Program-made: the position numbers and the translations under genes
DNA from: a virus
Strand: one strand, 5' to 3'
Virus record (IMG/VR): IMGVR_UViG_3300020474_000008
Coordinates: 5,603-69,602 of that record
DNA length: 64,000 bases
The notes under the pieces: generated by a model
Database searches by the model: none
What the model saw: only the letters and a program-made list of their open reading frames with translations
What the model was told of the DNA's origin: nothing
Shown here: one piece after another, positions 26,223-36,252 of the stretch
Layout: each line of letters starts with the position of its first letter
How positions within the stretch are numbered: position 1 is the stretch's first letter

Positions 26223-26631
26223 TTTCTGATCCACCTTGGAAGTTTTCTGACCCACCAATGGGGTCAATTTGAAGTGTTGTAGGGGCATTCTTTGTTGCCA
26301 TCTCATACATCACTTCATGGATATTTTCTGGTTCTTTGGACTGTTCACCATAATAGTTATGGGCGTCTTGCCTGAATGCTTCATATTCAAGTTCCATGTA
26401 GTCCTTGTTAGCATCAGAAATAACAGCAGGACCAAACCAAGGATCATCAGTTAGGACCACTGGTGCTGGAACACCAGTAAATGGAGCATCCATCTCAGAA
26501 CACTCTACAATTTCCTCATCAATGGCACACTCAATCTCTTGTTCAGTAGGTGGCCAGTTTAAACTTGTGGCAGTTTTTCTAGAAAAAATACCAATTGATT
26601 CCTTGAGTTCCATGAGAGATTTTAAGTTCAT
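26209..26631 (-). CDS. hypothetical acidic protein
   Basis: Start MNLKSL is ATGA-coupled to the upstream gene. Confidence 0.65.
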   Translation of the reverse strand: MNLKSLMELKESIGIFSRKTATSLNWPPTEQEIECAIDEEIVECSEMDAPFTGVPAPVVLTDDPWFGPAVISDANKDYMELEYEAFRQDAHNYYGEQSKEPENIHEVMYEMATKNAPTTLQIDPIGGSENFQGGSENVHR

Positions 26632-27188
26632 GAGAAGACGAATTTCTTTACGTAATCGTAAGCATAGAGTTCTCTGTTGCCTTTGACCCCCCAACCCAAC
26701 CAGCGGTATGCAGGGATCATATATTGAGAGACAGTTTGTCCACCACCCTCAAACTCAGGGAGATATCTTTGAAAGATATTCTCATTAATCATATAGCGTG
26801 TCTGACACTCAAGAGTGCTAGCGTCACATCCATATTTATCAGCAAAGTACCCAAGTCCTTTGTATCTTCCAATAGAAGTCCATTGAATCAAACCATAACC
26901 ACCACTGTAACAGTTTTTATAATTGACTCTGGCACCACCTTCACAGATGTTGGCAGTGAATCTACTCTCCTGTTGGATGTTACCCATGATTGTAGCAAGG
27001 GCATTCTTGTTACTAATCTTGGTGTGTTCCTGAATCTCCTTCAAAACATATTGTTCTTCTGGGGTGCAGTCAGGACACTTCCAAGACTCCTTATATCTTA
27101 CAACAGGAATGGGTTCAGGTTCAGGTTCTTGGACCTGTTCCTCAATTGGCACAGGCATGGCGAACAGTGATAAAAATTCAGCAATCAT
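26628..27188 (-). CDS. lysozyme-like cell-wall hydrolase (phage tail lysozyme family)
   Basis: ATIMGNIQQESRF, GGYGLIQWT. Confidence 0.8.
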   Translation of the reverse strand: MIAEFLSLFAMPVPIEEQVQEPEPEPIPVVRYKESWKCPDCTPEEQYVLKEIQEHTKISNKNALATIMGNIQQESRFTANICEGGARVNYKNCYSGGYGLIQWTSIGRYKGLGYFADKYGCDASTLECQTRYMINENIFQRYLPEFEGGGQTVSQYMIPAYRWLGWGVKGNRELYAYDYVKKFVFS

Positions 27189-27636
27189 AGGAAAAGTAAT
27201 CTTTGCGGTAATAACGACCGAGGATATTGCTATTATAAAAGGCAGGCGTCCCATCTGTCAACTTCTCAATGAGAACATTATTTAGAAAGAGTTGTCTTGT
27301 CTCCTCATAGTTTACCCTACCAGGAGTCTCATGTAAACTCAATATAGTTCTTCTAAAGGATTCCTTCCCGTATTTTTTAACATCATCTTTAAGCTCTGGA
27401 CAAGATCCATAGTAGTTGCGCCAGTTGCTTTCAGATGTAACTCTTCTCCGCTTGACAGTTTTATCTTTACATCTAGGCTTTCGTTTTTGCCAAAAATACT
27501 TTCGCCCAATGTACTGTCGTTGGTTCTGGAGATTGGTAATGTTATACACAAAACCGTAAAAGTCCCCAACATCCCCCCCACTAAAAGGGGACTCCAGATA
27601 TCTCCAGGGATTCTGATACTCTTCAGTCTCTTCCAC
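27178..27636 (-). CDS. GIY-YIG family endonuclease-like protein
   Basis: GFVYNITN...YIGRK, YYGS, E and YN motifs. Confidence 0.8.
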   Translation of the reverse strand: MEETEEYQNPWRYLESPFSGGDVGDFYGFVYNITNLQNQRQYIGRKYFWQKRKPRCKDKTVKRRRVTSESNWRNYYGSCPELKDDVKKYGKESFRRTILSLHETPGRVNYEETRQLFLNNVLIEKLTDGTPAFYNSNILGRYYRKDYFSYDC

Positions 27637-27826
27637 ATAATGATTTCATCTCATTTTTATATATATCATTCTCATGGAAATGATAATCATCAATCTTTTT
27701 TGCCTTGACTTTTTGTTGAGGGGGAGTCAAAGGTTCAATAGCCTCCATCTCCCACCAAATTTCCTCAAAGCTTGAATCCTGAGAAGGTGTTTTCTTCAAC
27801 ATCTTGCTTAATACCCCCAACAACAT
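27623..27826 (-). CDS. hypothetical protein
   Basis: Short ORF filling the nrdB to GIY-YIG gap; start uncertain. Confidence 0.4.
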   Translation of the reverse strand: MLLGVLSKMLKKTPSQDSSFEEIWWEMEAIEPLTPPQQKVKAKKIDDYHFHENDIYKNEMKSLCGRD

Positions 27827-28958
27827 AACTTTCTACCTCTGTTTCCTGTGGTGCTACTTGCAATCCCTTAGAAGAGATCCAATGCTGTGTCCATGGAAGT
27901 GGATTAGCATTAGCAGCAATGTCATACATGGGTTTCAGACCCAATGATTTCATTCTGCGATTGGCAATCCATTCAACATACTTTTTAAGAAGTGCATCAT
28001 TAAGACCAATCATACTGCCATCCTGGAACAGATAGTCTGCCCATTTCTTCTCTTCATTGACTGCCTTGTCAAACATTGCATAGACATTCTCTTCTTCCTC
28101 TTTGGCAATCTCTGCCATCTCAGGATCATCACCCTGCTTCCACTTATTCAGAATGTTCTGGGTGATGGCAAGGTGTTGGTTCTCATCTCTTGCAATCAGT
28201 GAGATAATCTTTGCAGATCCCTCCATAAGTTTGAGTTCACCAAATGCAAAACTGCAAGCAAAACTAACATAGAACCTAATACCCTCAAGAATGTTAACGT
28301 TAGCAACAGCTCTGTAAAGCTTTCTCTTAACATCTTTTTTAGTCCAGACAGAGGATGGAGAATCTTTCCAATCCTCCTCCCACATACTGCCAGTCCCATA
28401 CTCTTGGGCTGCTTGAATGAACGAGTCATATGCTTCTGTTACACTCCTTGCTCTTTCCAAGATTCTTTCATCAGTAATAATCTTATCAAAGACCTCTGAT
28501 GGGTCAGAGTAGACATTCTTGATAATATATGTATAGGAACGACTATGGATCATCTCCATAAATCCCCACACCTCCATACATGCTTCTAGTTCAGGTAGAG
28601 AGCAGTAAGGTATAAAAGCCATCCCAGGACCACGCCCTTGAATGGAGTCAAGCATAATCTGGTATTTGAGGTTAGAGGTATAGATATGCTTTTGTTCTGG
28701 ACGAAGCGACTGATAATCTCCACGATCTTTCTGTAATGATACCTCCTCTGGTCTCCAAAAATATCCCAACTGTTGTGTTGTAAGCTTCTCAAAGACAGGA
28801 TACTTATAAGAATCATATCTTTGTACCCCCAAAGGGGCACCAAAAAACATAGGTTGTTTCTTGGTGTCATGAGGGTTGCTGTTGAATACAGTCATACCCT
28901 TCACCTTCTTATCATCTAATGTATTATTCATTGAAACTTTAAACTGCACAGGATTCAC
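27765..28958 (-). CDS. nrdB: ribonucleotide reductase class Ia beta subunit
   Basis: FWRPEE, DSIQGR, EMIHSRSY, EGIRFY, DENQH, APQETE. Confidence 0.97.
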   Translation of the reverse strand: MNPVQFKVSMNNTLDDKKVKGMTVFNSNPHDTKKQPMFFGAPLGVQRYDSYKYPVFEKLTTQQLGYFWRPEEVSLQKDRGDYQSLRPEQKHIYTSNLKYQIMLDSIQGRGPGMAFIPYCSLPELEACMEVWGFMEMIHSRSYTYIIKNVYSDPSEVFDKIITDERILERARSVTEAYDSFIQAAQEYGTGSMWEEDWKDSPSSVWTKKDVKRKLYRAVANVNILEGIRFYVSFACSFAFGELKLMEGSAKIISLIARDENQHLAITQNILNKWKQGDDPEMAEIAKEEEENVYAMFDKAVNEEKKWADYLFQDGSMIGLNDALLKKYVEWIANRRMKSLGLKPMYDIAANANPLPWTQHWISSKGLQVAPQETEVESYVVGGIKQDVEENTFSGFKL

Positions 28959-31239
28959 ACTCTCCCTCCTCGGCTTGTTCTAATTCTTCTAGTAGGCTCA
29001 TCAATTTTGAAGACTTGTCTTCCACAATCTCATCTGACTTCATGTCATTAGTGTTTTGATAATATGATGTCTTCCAACCATACTTATATGTAGTCAAGAA
29101 ATCATTTGCCATTACAGAAACTGGCACCTCATTGTTAGGATAGTTCTCTGGATTGTAACTCCAGTTACCAGAAATTGCCTGGTCAAAGAACTTTTGCATC
29201 ACAGACACTACTTTAATGTAACCACCATTGTCAGGCATATCCCACAACAGTGTGTAATTATTCTTCAAAGTAGTGTAGGAAGGAACAATCTGCTTAAGAG
29301 GTCCTTTTTTGGATTTCTTAATGGACAGATAGTCTCTTGGGGGTTCAATTCCATTTGTTGCGTTTGACACAACGGAACTGCTCTCTGAAGGCATTTGTGC
29401 GGACAGTGTTGAGTGCCTGAGACCGTAGGTGTTGATAGATGCTCTAAGAGACTCCCAATCATGTTCTAACTCCTCTGACGTGATTTCATCTACTTCCTTC
29501 TTATATGTATCAATTGGAAGAATACCATCAGCATACTTTGTTCTACCAAAGTATTCACAGTGACCTTTCTCCTGTGCAAGTTTATTAGAAGACTTCAACA
29601 GGTAATACTGGAAGGACTCAGACAGTCCATGAACAGCATCCCATGCCTCCTGAGAACCATAGGAGTACCCAAGTTTGGCAAGGTAGTGTGCCAGTCCAAT
29701 AAATCCAATTCCAAGGGACCTACGTGCCTTTGTGGCAACCTCAGCAGCAGTGACAGGATACTCTTGATAGTCAATCAGTTCTTCTAGTCCTCTGACTGCC
29801 AGGTCACAAAGATCTTCCAGTTCAGCATCAGACTTGACCTTACCAACATTGATGGCAGAGAGAATACAGAGAGCAATCTCACCTGTATGGTCATCAATAT
29901 GTTGTAAAGGATAGGTAGGAAGTGTAATCTCCTGACACAGGTTACTCATTTCAACCTTGTCCTTGAAGGAAGAGTGTGAGTTACAGTGGTCAATGTTCAT
30001 GATATAGACACGACCAGTCTCTGCTCTCTCTTTCAGTAGGTTGAGGATGAGTTCTTGTGCTCCAATGGTGGACTTGGGGATTGATTCATCTGACTCATAC
30101 TTACAGTATAAATCATCAAAAGCAGGGGTCCCAAAACTCTCATACAAACCAGGAACGCTATGTGGGGAAAATAAGGTGATTTCCTTATTCTGGATAAAGC
30201 GTTCATAAAAAAGTTTGGAGAGTTGGATGGAGTAGTCAAGTTTTCTTACCCTGTTGTCTTCTGTTCCTTTGTTGTTTTTGAGGACCAGGATGTCTTGGAT
30301 TTCTTGGTGCCAGATTGGAAAGTGAACCGTAGCTGATCCACCTCTGATGCCATTTTGAGTACAACATCTGACAGTTGATTCAAATTTCTTGAGAAACGGA
30401 ACAACGCCAGTGTGCTGAACTTCTCCGCCTCTGATCTTACTGTTGATGCCACGGATTCTGCCTGCGTTGATACCGATTCCCGCCCTTTGTGCAACGTACC
30501 TGCCAATTGCCATATCAGAGCTAAAGATACTATCGAGGGTGTCATCAACATCAACAAGAACACAGCTAGCAAATTGTCGAAGTGGAGTTCGCACTCCCGC
30601 CATGATAGGTGTGGGAATGTTGAGTCTGTGTCTGCTGATTGCGTCGTAGTATCTTTTGACATATGACATCCTTGTTTCTTTTGGATAGTCTCTGAAAATA
30701 GTCAGAGCAATCATCATGTACATAAACTGGGGTGTCTCATAGACATTCCCAGTGCTTCTATCCTGGACTAGGTATTTATCCACAACCTGACGCAATCCAG
30801 CATAGGTAAACAGGAAGTCACGCTCATGGTCAAGGAATGTGTCTGCCCTCTCAATCTCTTCCTTTGAATACTTGATAAAGATATCCTTATCATATAGATC
30901 CTGATATGCCTTCTCAGTGATGTGATCAATGAGTTTAGGCAGAGTTCTCATCCTCCCATACATCTGCTTCCTGATAGCAAACAGGAGAAGTCTAGCAGCA
31001 ACAAACTGATAGTTTGGATGGTCCAAATCAATCAAATCAGAAGCACTCTTGATAAGGATTTCTTGAATCTCTGCTGTGGTAATGCCATCATAAAACTGGA
31101 TACCAGAAGTCATCTCTACTTGACTAGCAGAGACCCCTGCAAGACCCTTGGTTGCCTCTTCAACCATAAGATGCATCTTTTCAAGGTCAAGAGGTTCAAT
31201 TCTTCCATCCCTCTTTTTAACTTTAGTGCCGTTGCTCAT
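28939..31239 (-). CDS. nrdA: ribonucleotide reductase class Ia alpha subunit
   Basis: ATP cone, PTPIM, SCVL, NLCQE, MPSESS, KTSYY, C-terminal CESC. Confidence 0.98.
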   Translation of the reverse strand: MSNGTKVKKRDGRIEPLDLEKMHLMVEEATKGLAGVSASQVEMTSGIQFYDGITTAEIQEILIKSASDLIDLDHPNYQFVAARLLLFAIRKQMYGRMRTLPKLIDHITEKAYQDLYDKDIFIKYSKEEIERADTFLDHERDFLFTYAGLRQVVDKYLVQDRSTGNVYETPQFMYMMIALTIFRDYPKETRMSYVKRYYDAISRHRLNIPTPIMAGVRTPLRQFASCVLVDVDDTLDSIFSSDMAIGRYVAQRAGIGINAGRIRGINSKIRGGEVQHTGVVPFLKKFESTVRCCTQNGIRGGSATVHFPIWHQEIQDILVLKNNKGTEDNRVRKLDYSIQLSKLFYERFIQNKEITLFSPHSVPGLYESFGTPAFDDLYCKYESDESIPKSTIGAQELILNLLKERAETGRVYIMNIDHCNSHSSFKDKVEMSNLCQEITLPTYPLQHIDDHTGEIALCILSAINVGKVKSDAELEDLCDLAVRGLEELIDYQEYPVTAAEVATKARRSLGIGFIGLAHYLAKLGYSYGSQEAWDAVHGLSESFQYYLLKSSNKLAQEKGHCEYFGRTKYADGILPIDTYKKEVDEITSEELEHDWESLRASINTYGLRHSTLSAQMPSESSSVVSNATNGIEPPRDYLSIKKSKKGPLKQIVPSYTTLKNNYTLLWDMPDNGGYIKVVSVMQKFFDQAISGNWSYNPENYPNNEVPVSVMANDFLTTYKYGWKTSYYQNTNDMKSDEIVEDKSSKLMSLLEELEQAEEGECESCAV

Positions 31240-32222
31240 ATCTTTTTCCAGGTGTTAAATTTAAGTTTTGCTTGTAAACCACTATATGTGTTTGATTCTA
31301 CTACTTTCTGAACATTGTGTCCAGCAAGAACCATATCATTGATGTCCTTTTCTCCTATGTTACTAGGCCAGATGACAACCTTTTCACCTCTTTCAATGAC
31401 ATTGCTGATTCGTTTGGTAATTTCTTTGCTCCTTGGTTCATTATCAAAGACCCAGCAGCAATCGCTAACCCCCCAGTCACTACTAGAAAGATCAGCTCCA
31501 CACATAGCAACCGCATTGCGAAGGAACGTGCTGTCAAAAGGTCCTTCTGTAATGTAAACTGTTCTTCCCTTGTCGACACTATCAAGTCCATAGATTTTTG
31601 GAGCATCTTCATCCAACATAATGGTTAAGTATTTAATAGGGTTTGAAGAGAGTGCTCTTCCTTGAACCCCAATAAGTTGGTCATCCCTGACAAGAGGAAT
31701 TACAATTCTTGGTTCACCAAATTTGGTGTCCTGAAATGATCCAGGTTTAATTGTATTGGCAAATTCCTGAAAGTTTGCAGTGTAATAAAACTTCCCATCA
31801 AAGATTGCCCTTGTGTGTAGATATGATTTTGATTGAACAACATCATATGCTGATGGCAAATCAATTATCTTCTTTTTGAACACAGGTTTCTTTGATAGTT
31901 TTTTAAAGATGTCCTCAGGTTCCTCTGCCTGAAAATTCTTTCCAGCATGTCCAGATTTAAACTTCTCAAATATATATTGCTTGTGTGACACAGGGTCAAT
32001 CTGCTTCAAAAAGTTATTGAAAGACATATTGACGCCACAATTATGGCACTTATAGTTGGTGTTATTCTTTATCCTGTAAAGATAACCACGTGCCTTGTTC
32101 TTGTTCTTCTGTGAGTCACCACATATAGGACACCTTAGATTGTAAAGATGTGGTTTTACTTTTTTAAACTTCTGGAATCTGGATGATATAAGATTAATGT
32201 ATTTGATATCAATAAAATCCAT
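31236..32222 (-). CDS. DNA primase (T4 gp61)
   Basis: CPICGDS..CHNC Zn finger, QGR, EGPFD, DNE, KDINDM. Confidence 0.95.
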   Translation of the reverse strand: MDFIDIKYINLISSRFQKFKKVKPHLYNLRCPICGDSQKNKNKARGYLYRIKNNTNYKCHNCGVNMSFNNFLKQIDPVSHKQYIFEKFKSGHAGKNFQAEEPEDIFKKLSKKPVFKKKIIDLPSAYDVVQSKSYLHTRAIFDGKFYYTANFQEFANTIKPGSFQDTKFGEPRIVIPLVRDDQLIGVQGRALSSNPIKYLTIMLDEDAPKIYGLDSVDKGRTVYITEGPFDSTFLRNAVAMCGADLSSSDWGVSDCCWVFDNEPRSKEITKRISNVIERGEKVVIWPSNIGEKDINDMVLAGHNVQKVVESNTYSGLQAKLKFNTWKKI

Positions 32223-32611
32223 TAACCTTCAATAGCACCTCTCTGGATTGTAACTGGTTCTGGCAGTGGTGTCAAGATTTTGGATGCCAATCCATTATTA
32301 TTCATAAGGAAGGTCAGGGCAGCAAGACCACCCACTGCCATCCACACTCTCTTCTCTAATCCACGTAGTCTTTGCAGCACACTGTCATGATCGCTGTCCA
32401 TTTTATCACGGAGTTTGTCAATCTTTGCAAAGAGTACAGTGTCAATCTCTTCCTGTTTAGTAATTCGTTCTTCATGTACAGCAAGCATTCTGCTAACTGT
32501 AGTATTTACCTCAGATAATTTTTCAATTGCAGCATCAATCCTGAGGACAATTGGTTTCAAGTCCTCAATCTTCTGTTCTAAAACTGCCAACTTAACTTGA
32601 TTTTCTTCCAT
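32222..32611 (-). CDS. coiled-coil protein with C-terminal TM
   Basis: 129-aa ORF. Confidence 0.7.
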   Translation of the reverse strand: MEENQVKLAVLEQKIEDLKPIVLRIDAAIEKLSEVNTTVSRMLAVHEERITKQEEIDTVLFAKIDKLRDKMDSDHDSVLQRLRGLEKRVWMAVGGLAALTFLMNNNGLASKILTPLPEPVTIQRGAIEG

Positions 32612-32804
32612 CAGTAGGACTCCAAGTCTTTCTCAGTCCCTTCTGGTAAATATATCTCTTTTTCTTTCTCACTGGGGGGTCATCACCTGCTGCGGCACTA
32701 CCAGCAATCTTACCACCACTAATATTATTGGTTGGCATACCTCCGCCAACACCCATTTCTTCTCTAAGAGACCTTACAATACCAATGATTTTATCAATTT
32801 GCAT
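32592..32804 (-). CDS. hypothetical protein
   Basis: 70-aa ORF, PTNN..G.IAG...GDDPPVRKKK. Confidence 0.65.
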   Translation of the reverse strand: MQIDKIIGIVRSLREEMGVGGGMPTNNISGGKIAGSAAAGDDPPVRKKKRYIYQKGLRKTWSPTDGRKSS

Positions 32805-33177
32805 TTGTAATCCTTTGAAGTTCCCTTAAACAATTATCATCAATAGGCAAATCATGAATATATGTCCTTGGTGACTCAGACAATCTATTCAAGAATACAA
32901 TAAATGTTTTAACAATATCCCAATAATCTTTTTCAATCTTATAAAACAACATTGGTGTAGTTGCTTCACCAAACAAGTTATAAAGAATGATGAAATGATT
33001 TATTAACAAATGAGATCTTAAATCCCCATTGTTACGATACCTTTTAAGTAATCTCTTGATGTACTTAAAGTGGTTGAGGTCTTTATCAAAATCCTCTCTT
33101 GTAACAGCATGGGGATTTTCATAATGTTTAATCGCAAAGATGAGAAAATTTTTCTCATTCAACTCAGTAAATCTCAT
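32794..33177 (-). CDS. hypothetical T4-like phage protein
   Basis: FAIKHYENP, FKYIKRL, LINH.IILYN.FG. Confidence 0.8.
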   Translation of the reverse strand: MRFTELNEKNFLIFAIKHYENPHAVTREDFDKDLNHFKYIKRLLKRYRNNGDLRSHLLINHFIILYNLFGEATTPMLFYKIEKDYWDIVKTFIVFLNRLSESPRTYIHDLPIDDNCLRELQRITNAN

Positions 33178-33180
33178 TTA

Positions 33181-34239
33181 TCATGCAGGAGGATAAGGAG
33201 CAGTGTTGCCAGTTGTGATGCCAGACATTGCTACAAGGGTCTCAGTCTTAACTCTGTCATTGCCACTTGCATCTTGATAGGTGGTAATACCAACCCAACC
33301 AACAGATGTCAGATGATATGAAGTATTAGCAGCATTGTCTTGGTTAGCAGCAGAAGTACCAACTACCTGGGTCTCTCTACCCATCAGAACCTCAGTGCCA
33401 TATACCTCAGCAATATCACCAGGTGCAGCTGCTCTGGTAATATCAACCACAGCACCAGCAGGTGTTTCATGAGTCAAGGCAGATCCAAGGGTGAGTTGTC
33501 TCTGACCAATGAAGTTTTCATTGATTGCATTAATAGTGCCAGAATATGTACCAACACCAATGCTATCACCCACTGTAATGAGTCTTACAGAATCAATATC
33601 AGGGTCATCACCATATGCTCTTTCAGTTACCAACAACAATGTAGTTCCAATACCAGCAGTTGCTGCATTATTAGGTGTGTGATATCTAAGAGTTGTTGTT
33701 ACTGCAGCTTTGGTGAGAACAACTGTTGACAAACCAACAACTGAATGAACTGTGCCAGCTTGTGCTCTGTGTGGTGTACCAAACAGAATGGTGTCACCAG
33801 CAGTTACATTGTTACCTGAGGCATTACCTGTAATAGTAATAGTTGTGCCACCAATAGCAGTTCTTGTTGCTACTCTTGAATTAATTTTAGGGTCTAATCC
33901 AGTGACTACGTGTCCAGTAGATTGATTATGAGCACTATCCTTTACAGCATACTTAGGTGACTCACTAACTTGGAATTGAACATCAGTGATTTCACCACCA
34001 CTCAAACCAGCAGTAGAGTCAATTCTCAATGAAATAGTGCTGGCAATTGAGGTGATAACAGCATCACCAAAGAAACCAGTAGCACCACCAAATGCTGAAC
34101 CAAATCTAATTACATCACCAACTGCGGCAGCACCTGTCTGTCCAAAGGTAGTTCCAGTACCAGTAACAGTTTTGTTACCATAGTTAAGGGAGACTGTACC
34201 CCCTGAACTCTTATTGTCATTATTTCCCCAAAGTGCCAT
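33181..34239 (-). CDS. probable virion structural protein
   Basis: Gly/Thr-rich beta protein, MALWG start, GWVG..RVKTETLVAM end; late promoter upstream. Confidence 0.75.
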   Translation of the reverse strand: MALWGNNDNKSSGGTVSLNYGNKTVTGTGTTFGQTGAAAVGDVIRFGSAFGGATGFFGDAVITSIASTISLRIDSTAGLSGGEITDVQFQVSESPKYAVKDSAHNQSTGHVVTGLDPKINSRVATRTAIGGTTITITGNASGNNVTAGDTILFGTPHRAQAGTVHSVVGLSTVVLTKAAVTTTLRYHTPNNAATAGIGTTLLLVTERAYGDDPDIDSVRLITVGDSIGVGTYSGTINAINENFIGQRQLTLGSALTHETPAGAVVDITRAAAPGDIAEVYGTEVLMGRETQVVGTSAANQDNAANTSYHLTSVGWVGITTYQDASGNDRVKTETLVAMSGITTGNTAPYPPA

Positions 34240-34272
34240 GTCTTTGTTCCGTAAGAATTCTTTGCTATAAGA

Positions 34273-34280
34273 TATTTATA
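34273..34280 (-). promoter_or_regulatory. T4 late promoter
   Basis: TATAAATA. Confidence 0.8.
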
Positions 34281-34286
34281 AAAATA

Positions 34287-34493
34287 TTAACCCTCTTCAT
34301 CTCTGGCAAGGATCGCTTTTGACACAACTTCAAGCAGTTGATCATCCATATCAGTCTTGGTCAACTTAACTGCTTTAGTAAGAATAATAAGACAAATCTC
34401 AACCATTTTCTCACCCAGTTCCTCATTTTCTGGAATTTTGGCGACAGCATCTTTAATGATTTTTGAAGCTAATGGTAGCAGGAATGCAAGCAT
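34287..34493 (-). CDS. hypothetical protein
   Basis: 68-aa amphipathic ORF. Confidence 0.65.
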   Translation of the reverse strand: MLAFLLPLASKIIKDAVAKIPENEELGEKMVEICLIILTKAVKLTKTDMDDQLLEVVSKAILARDEEG

Positions 34494-34522
34494 GGTTATC
34501 GTGCAACTGCACTATATAGCCA

Positions 34523-34840
34523 TTACTTTCTAATTTGTGTCTCTAACATGAAGTCTTTAAATTTCTTCTTGCTAGATTCATCCATCTTATTTACAAATTC
34601 TTTTGATGCAGCAACCTGTGCATCAATTGATGGACCATCACCTTGATTGTTTGAAAGAGATACTTTTAGTACAGGATAGATTGAAGAGAATGTATTGTAT
34701 CTGTTTTGACCAGATTCAGCATCAGTCTGAAAGGCTTGTGATAAAAGATCATCATCACCCTTAAACAGTTTTTTATCAAAACCAGCATTTGGTCCTGCAT
34801 CATCTGCTGCCTGGGTGTACCCACCATTACCTATATTCAT
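34523..34840 (-). CDS. hypothetical protein
   Basis: 105-aa ORF, TGATG-coupled. Confidence 0.65.
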   Translation of the reverse strand: MNIGNGGYTQAADDAGPNAGFDKKLFKGDDDLLSQAFQTDAESGQNRYNTFSSIYPVLKVSLSNNQGDGPSIDAQVAASKEFVNKMDESSKKKFKDFMLETQIRK

Positions 34841-35217
34841 CAGTCTTTATTTGAGACATATCTTCCTAACTTTTTATCATATCTTTTTACTTCACCAGGT
34901 CTCAACTTATCCTTTGCAGCCTTTGCTTTATCCATAAACTTACCAAACTTCATTCTTTGGTCTTGCTTTTTAAAGCGTTTATCATCATCAGCAAGTTTCT
35001 TCTGATACTTAGGATCTGTTTTGAAGTAAGCAGTCTCATCCACTGTCTTCTTCTCAGGCAGTCTCTTGTGTTTGGTAGAAGCAAAGTCCTTAGCGTCTTT
35101 CTTCTTGATTGATGCTGCTGCTTTTGCAACCTCAGGTGATGGGTTGGTCATTTCACCTTTCTTGGTGGCATAGACCATACCCATGAACCTTTGTTGAGCC
35201 TTAGATACAGCAGGCAT
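34840..35217 (-). CDS. basic protein with DUF3008-like N-terminus
   Basis: MPAVSKAQQRFMG...DFASTKH. Confidence 0.7.
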   Translation of the reverse strand: MPAVSKAQQRFMGMVYATKKGEMTNPSPEVAKAAASIKKKDAKDFASTKHKRLPEKKTVDETAYFKTDPKYQKKLADDDKRFKKQDQRMKFGKFMDKAKAAKDKLRPGEVKRYDKKLGRYVSNKD

Positions 35218-36242
35218 TACATCAATGCTCCCTTACCATACTGCTTGATGATGTCATCTCTGACTTTATCTACTGCTCTTTTTTTAGCATTAGGGTCAGA
35301 CTTCTTCTTACCAGAAAGATTTGGTTTAGGAGATGGTCTGTCATATCTGGTGTTACCATCAACACCACCTCTCATCATTCTTTTGTCTTTCAGAGAATCT
35401 TCTGTCTCTTCCTTCATCTTTGCCAGTCTTTTTGCTCTTGCTTTGGCAAGCAATCTGTCTCTTGCCTCATCAGCATCCTTCTTAGGGACTCTATAACCAT
35501 CACGATCAGTCTTCAATTTCTCATCAGGTTTGTCATAACCTTCACCAACTACCTTAGTAGGTTCTTGTTTTGCCTTCTGAACCTGCTTTTTTCTGTCTTT
35601 GGCAATCATAATATCAATCTGTGCTCTCTTTTTTTGGAGCATCAGTTCTCTATTACCCATGCCTTCTTCAATTCTACCAGGGATTCTACCCTGTTTGATG
35701 TCCAACTCTCTGCTCTTCTCAATCATGTCTTCTTTCATATGATCAGCAGCCTTGTAGTTCTTGTCACCTGCTTTGAGCTTCTGATAGGCAGGGGTATTAC
35801 CCTTTTTATCAGCATTGGTTACTACCATACGCTTATCTTTGGGTTCTTCTTTCTTTTTTGAACCACCATAAGTTGCTTCATCAATCTCTGACATCTCCAT
35901 GATGGTGCCACCAAGTTCTTCAATGGCTTCCTTCATCCCAATGGTAGGATTGATTACAATCTTATTCTTTACTTTTTTCTCTTTAATTGTCTTCTCATTC
36001 TCTTCACCAGCTACAACTTCTGACAGTTCTGTTCTCCAATCAGACTTTGCAATTCTATACTTATTTTCAGAGAGACCAAGTGACTTCTTGACCGAAGACC
36101 TTTCAGTAGCACTGATTCCAGACTGACTTCCCATGAAGTCATTGAATGCCTTCATCAGGTTACCCTCTTTTCTGGCTTTATATCTAATGGCTTTGGTCAT
36201 AGACCTGACCCTGCCCTTCACAGCCTCAGGAGAATTATCCAT
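35217..36242 (-). CDS. Lys/Glu-rich modular late protein (possible internal head protein)
   Basis: 341-aa ORF behind CATAAATA at 36273-36280. Confidence 0.7.
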   Translation of the reverse strand: MDNSPEAVKGRVRSMTKAIRYKARKEGNLMKAFNDFMGSQSGISATERSSVKKSLGLSENKYRIAKSDWRTELSEVVAGEENEKTIKEKKVKNKIVINPTIGMKEAIEELGGTIMEMSEIDEATYGGSKKKEEPKDKRMVVTNADKKGNTPAYQKLKAGDKNYKAADHMKEDMIEKSRELDIKQGRIPGRIEEGMGNRELMLQKKRAQIDIMIAKDRKKQVQKAKQEPTKVVGEGYDKPDEKLKTDRDGYRVPKKDADEARDRLLAKARAKRLAKMKEETEDSLKDKRMMRGGVDGNTRYDRPSPKPNLSGKKKSDPNAKKRAVDKVRDDIIKQYGKGALM

Positions 36243-36252
36243 AAGTCTAGCT

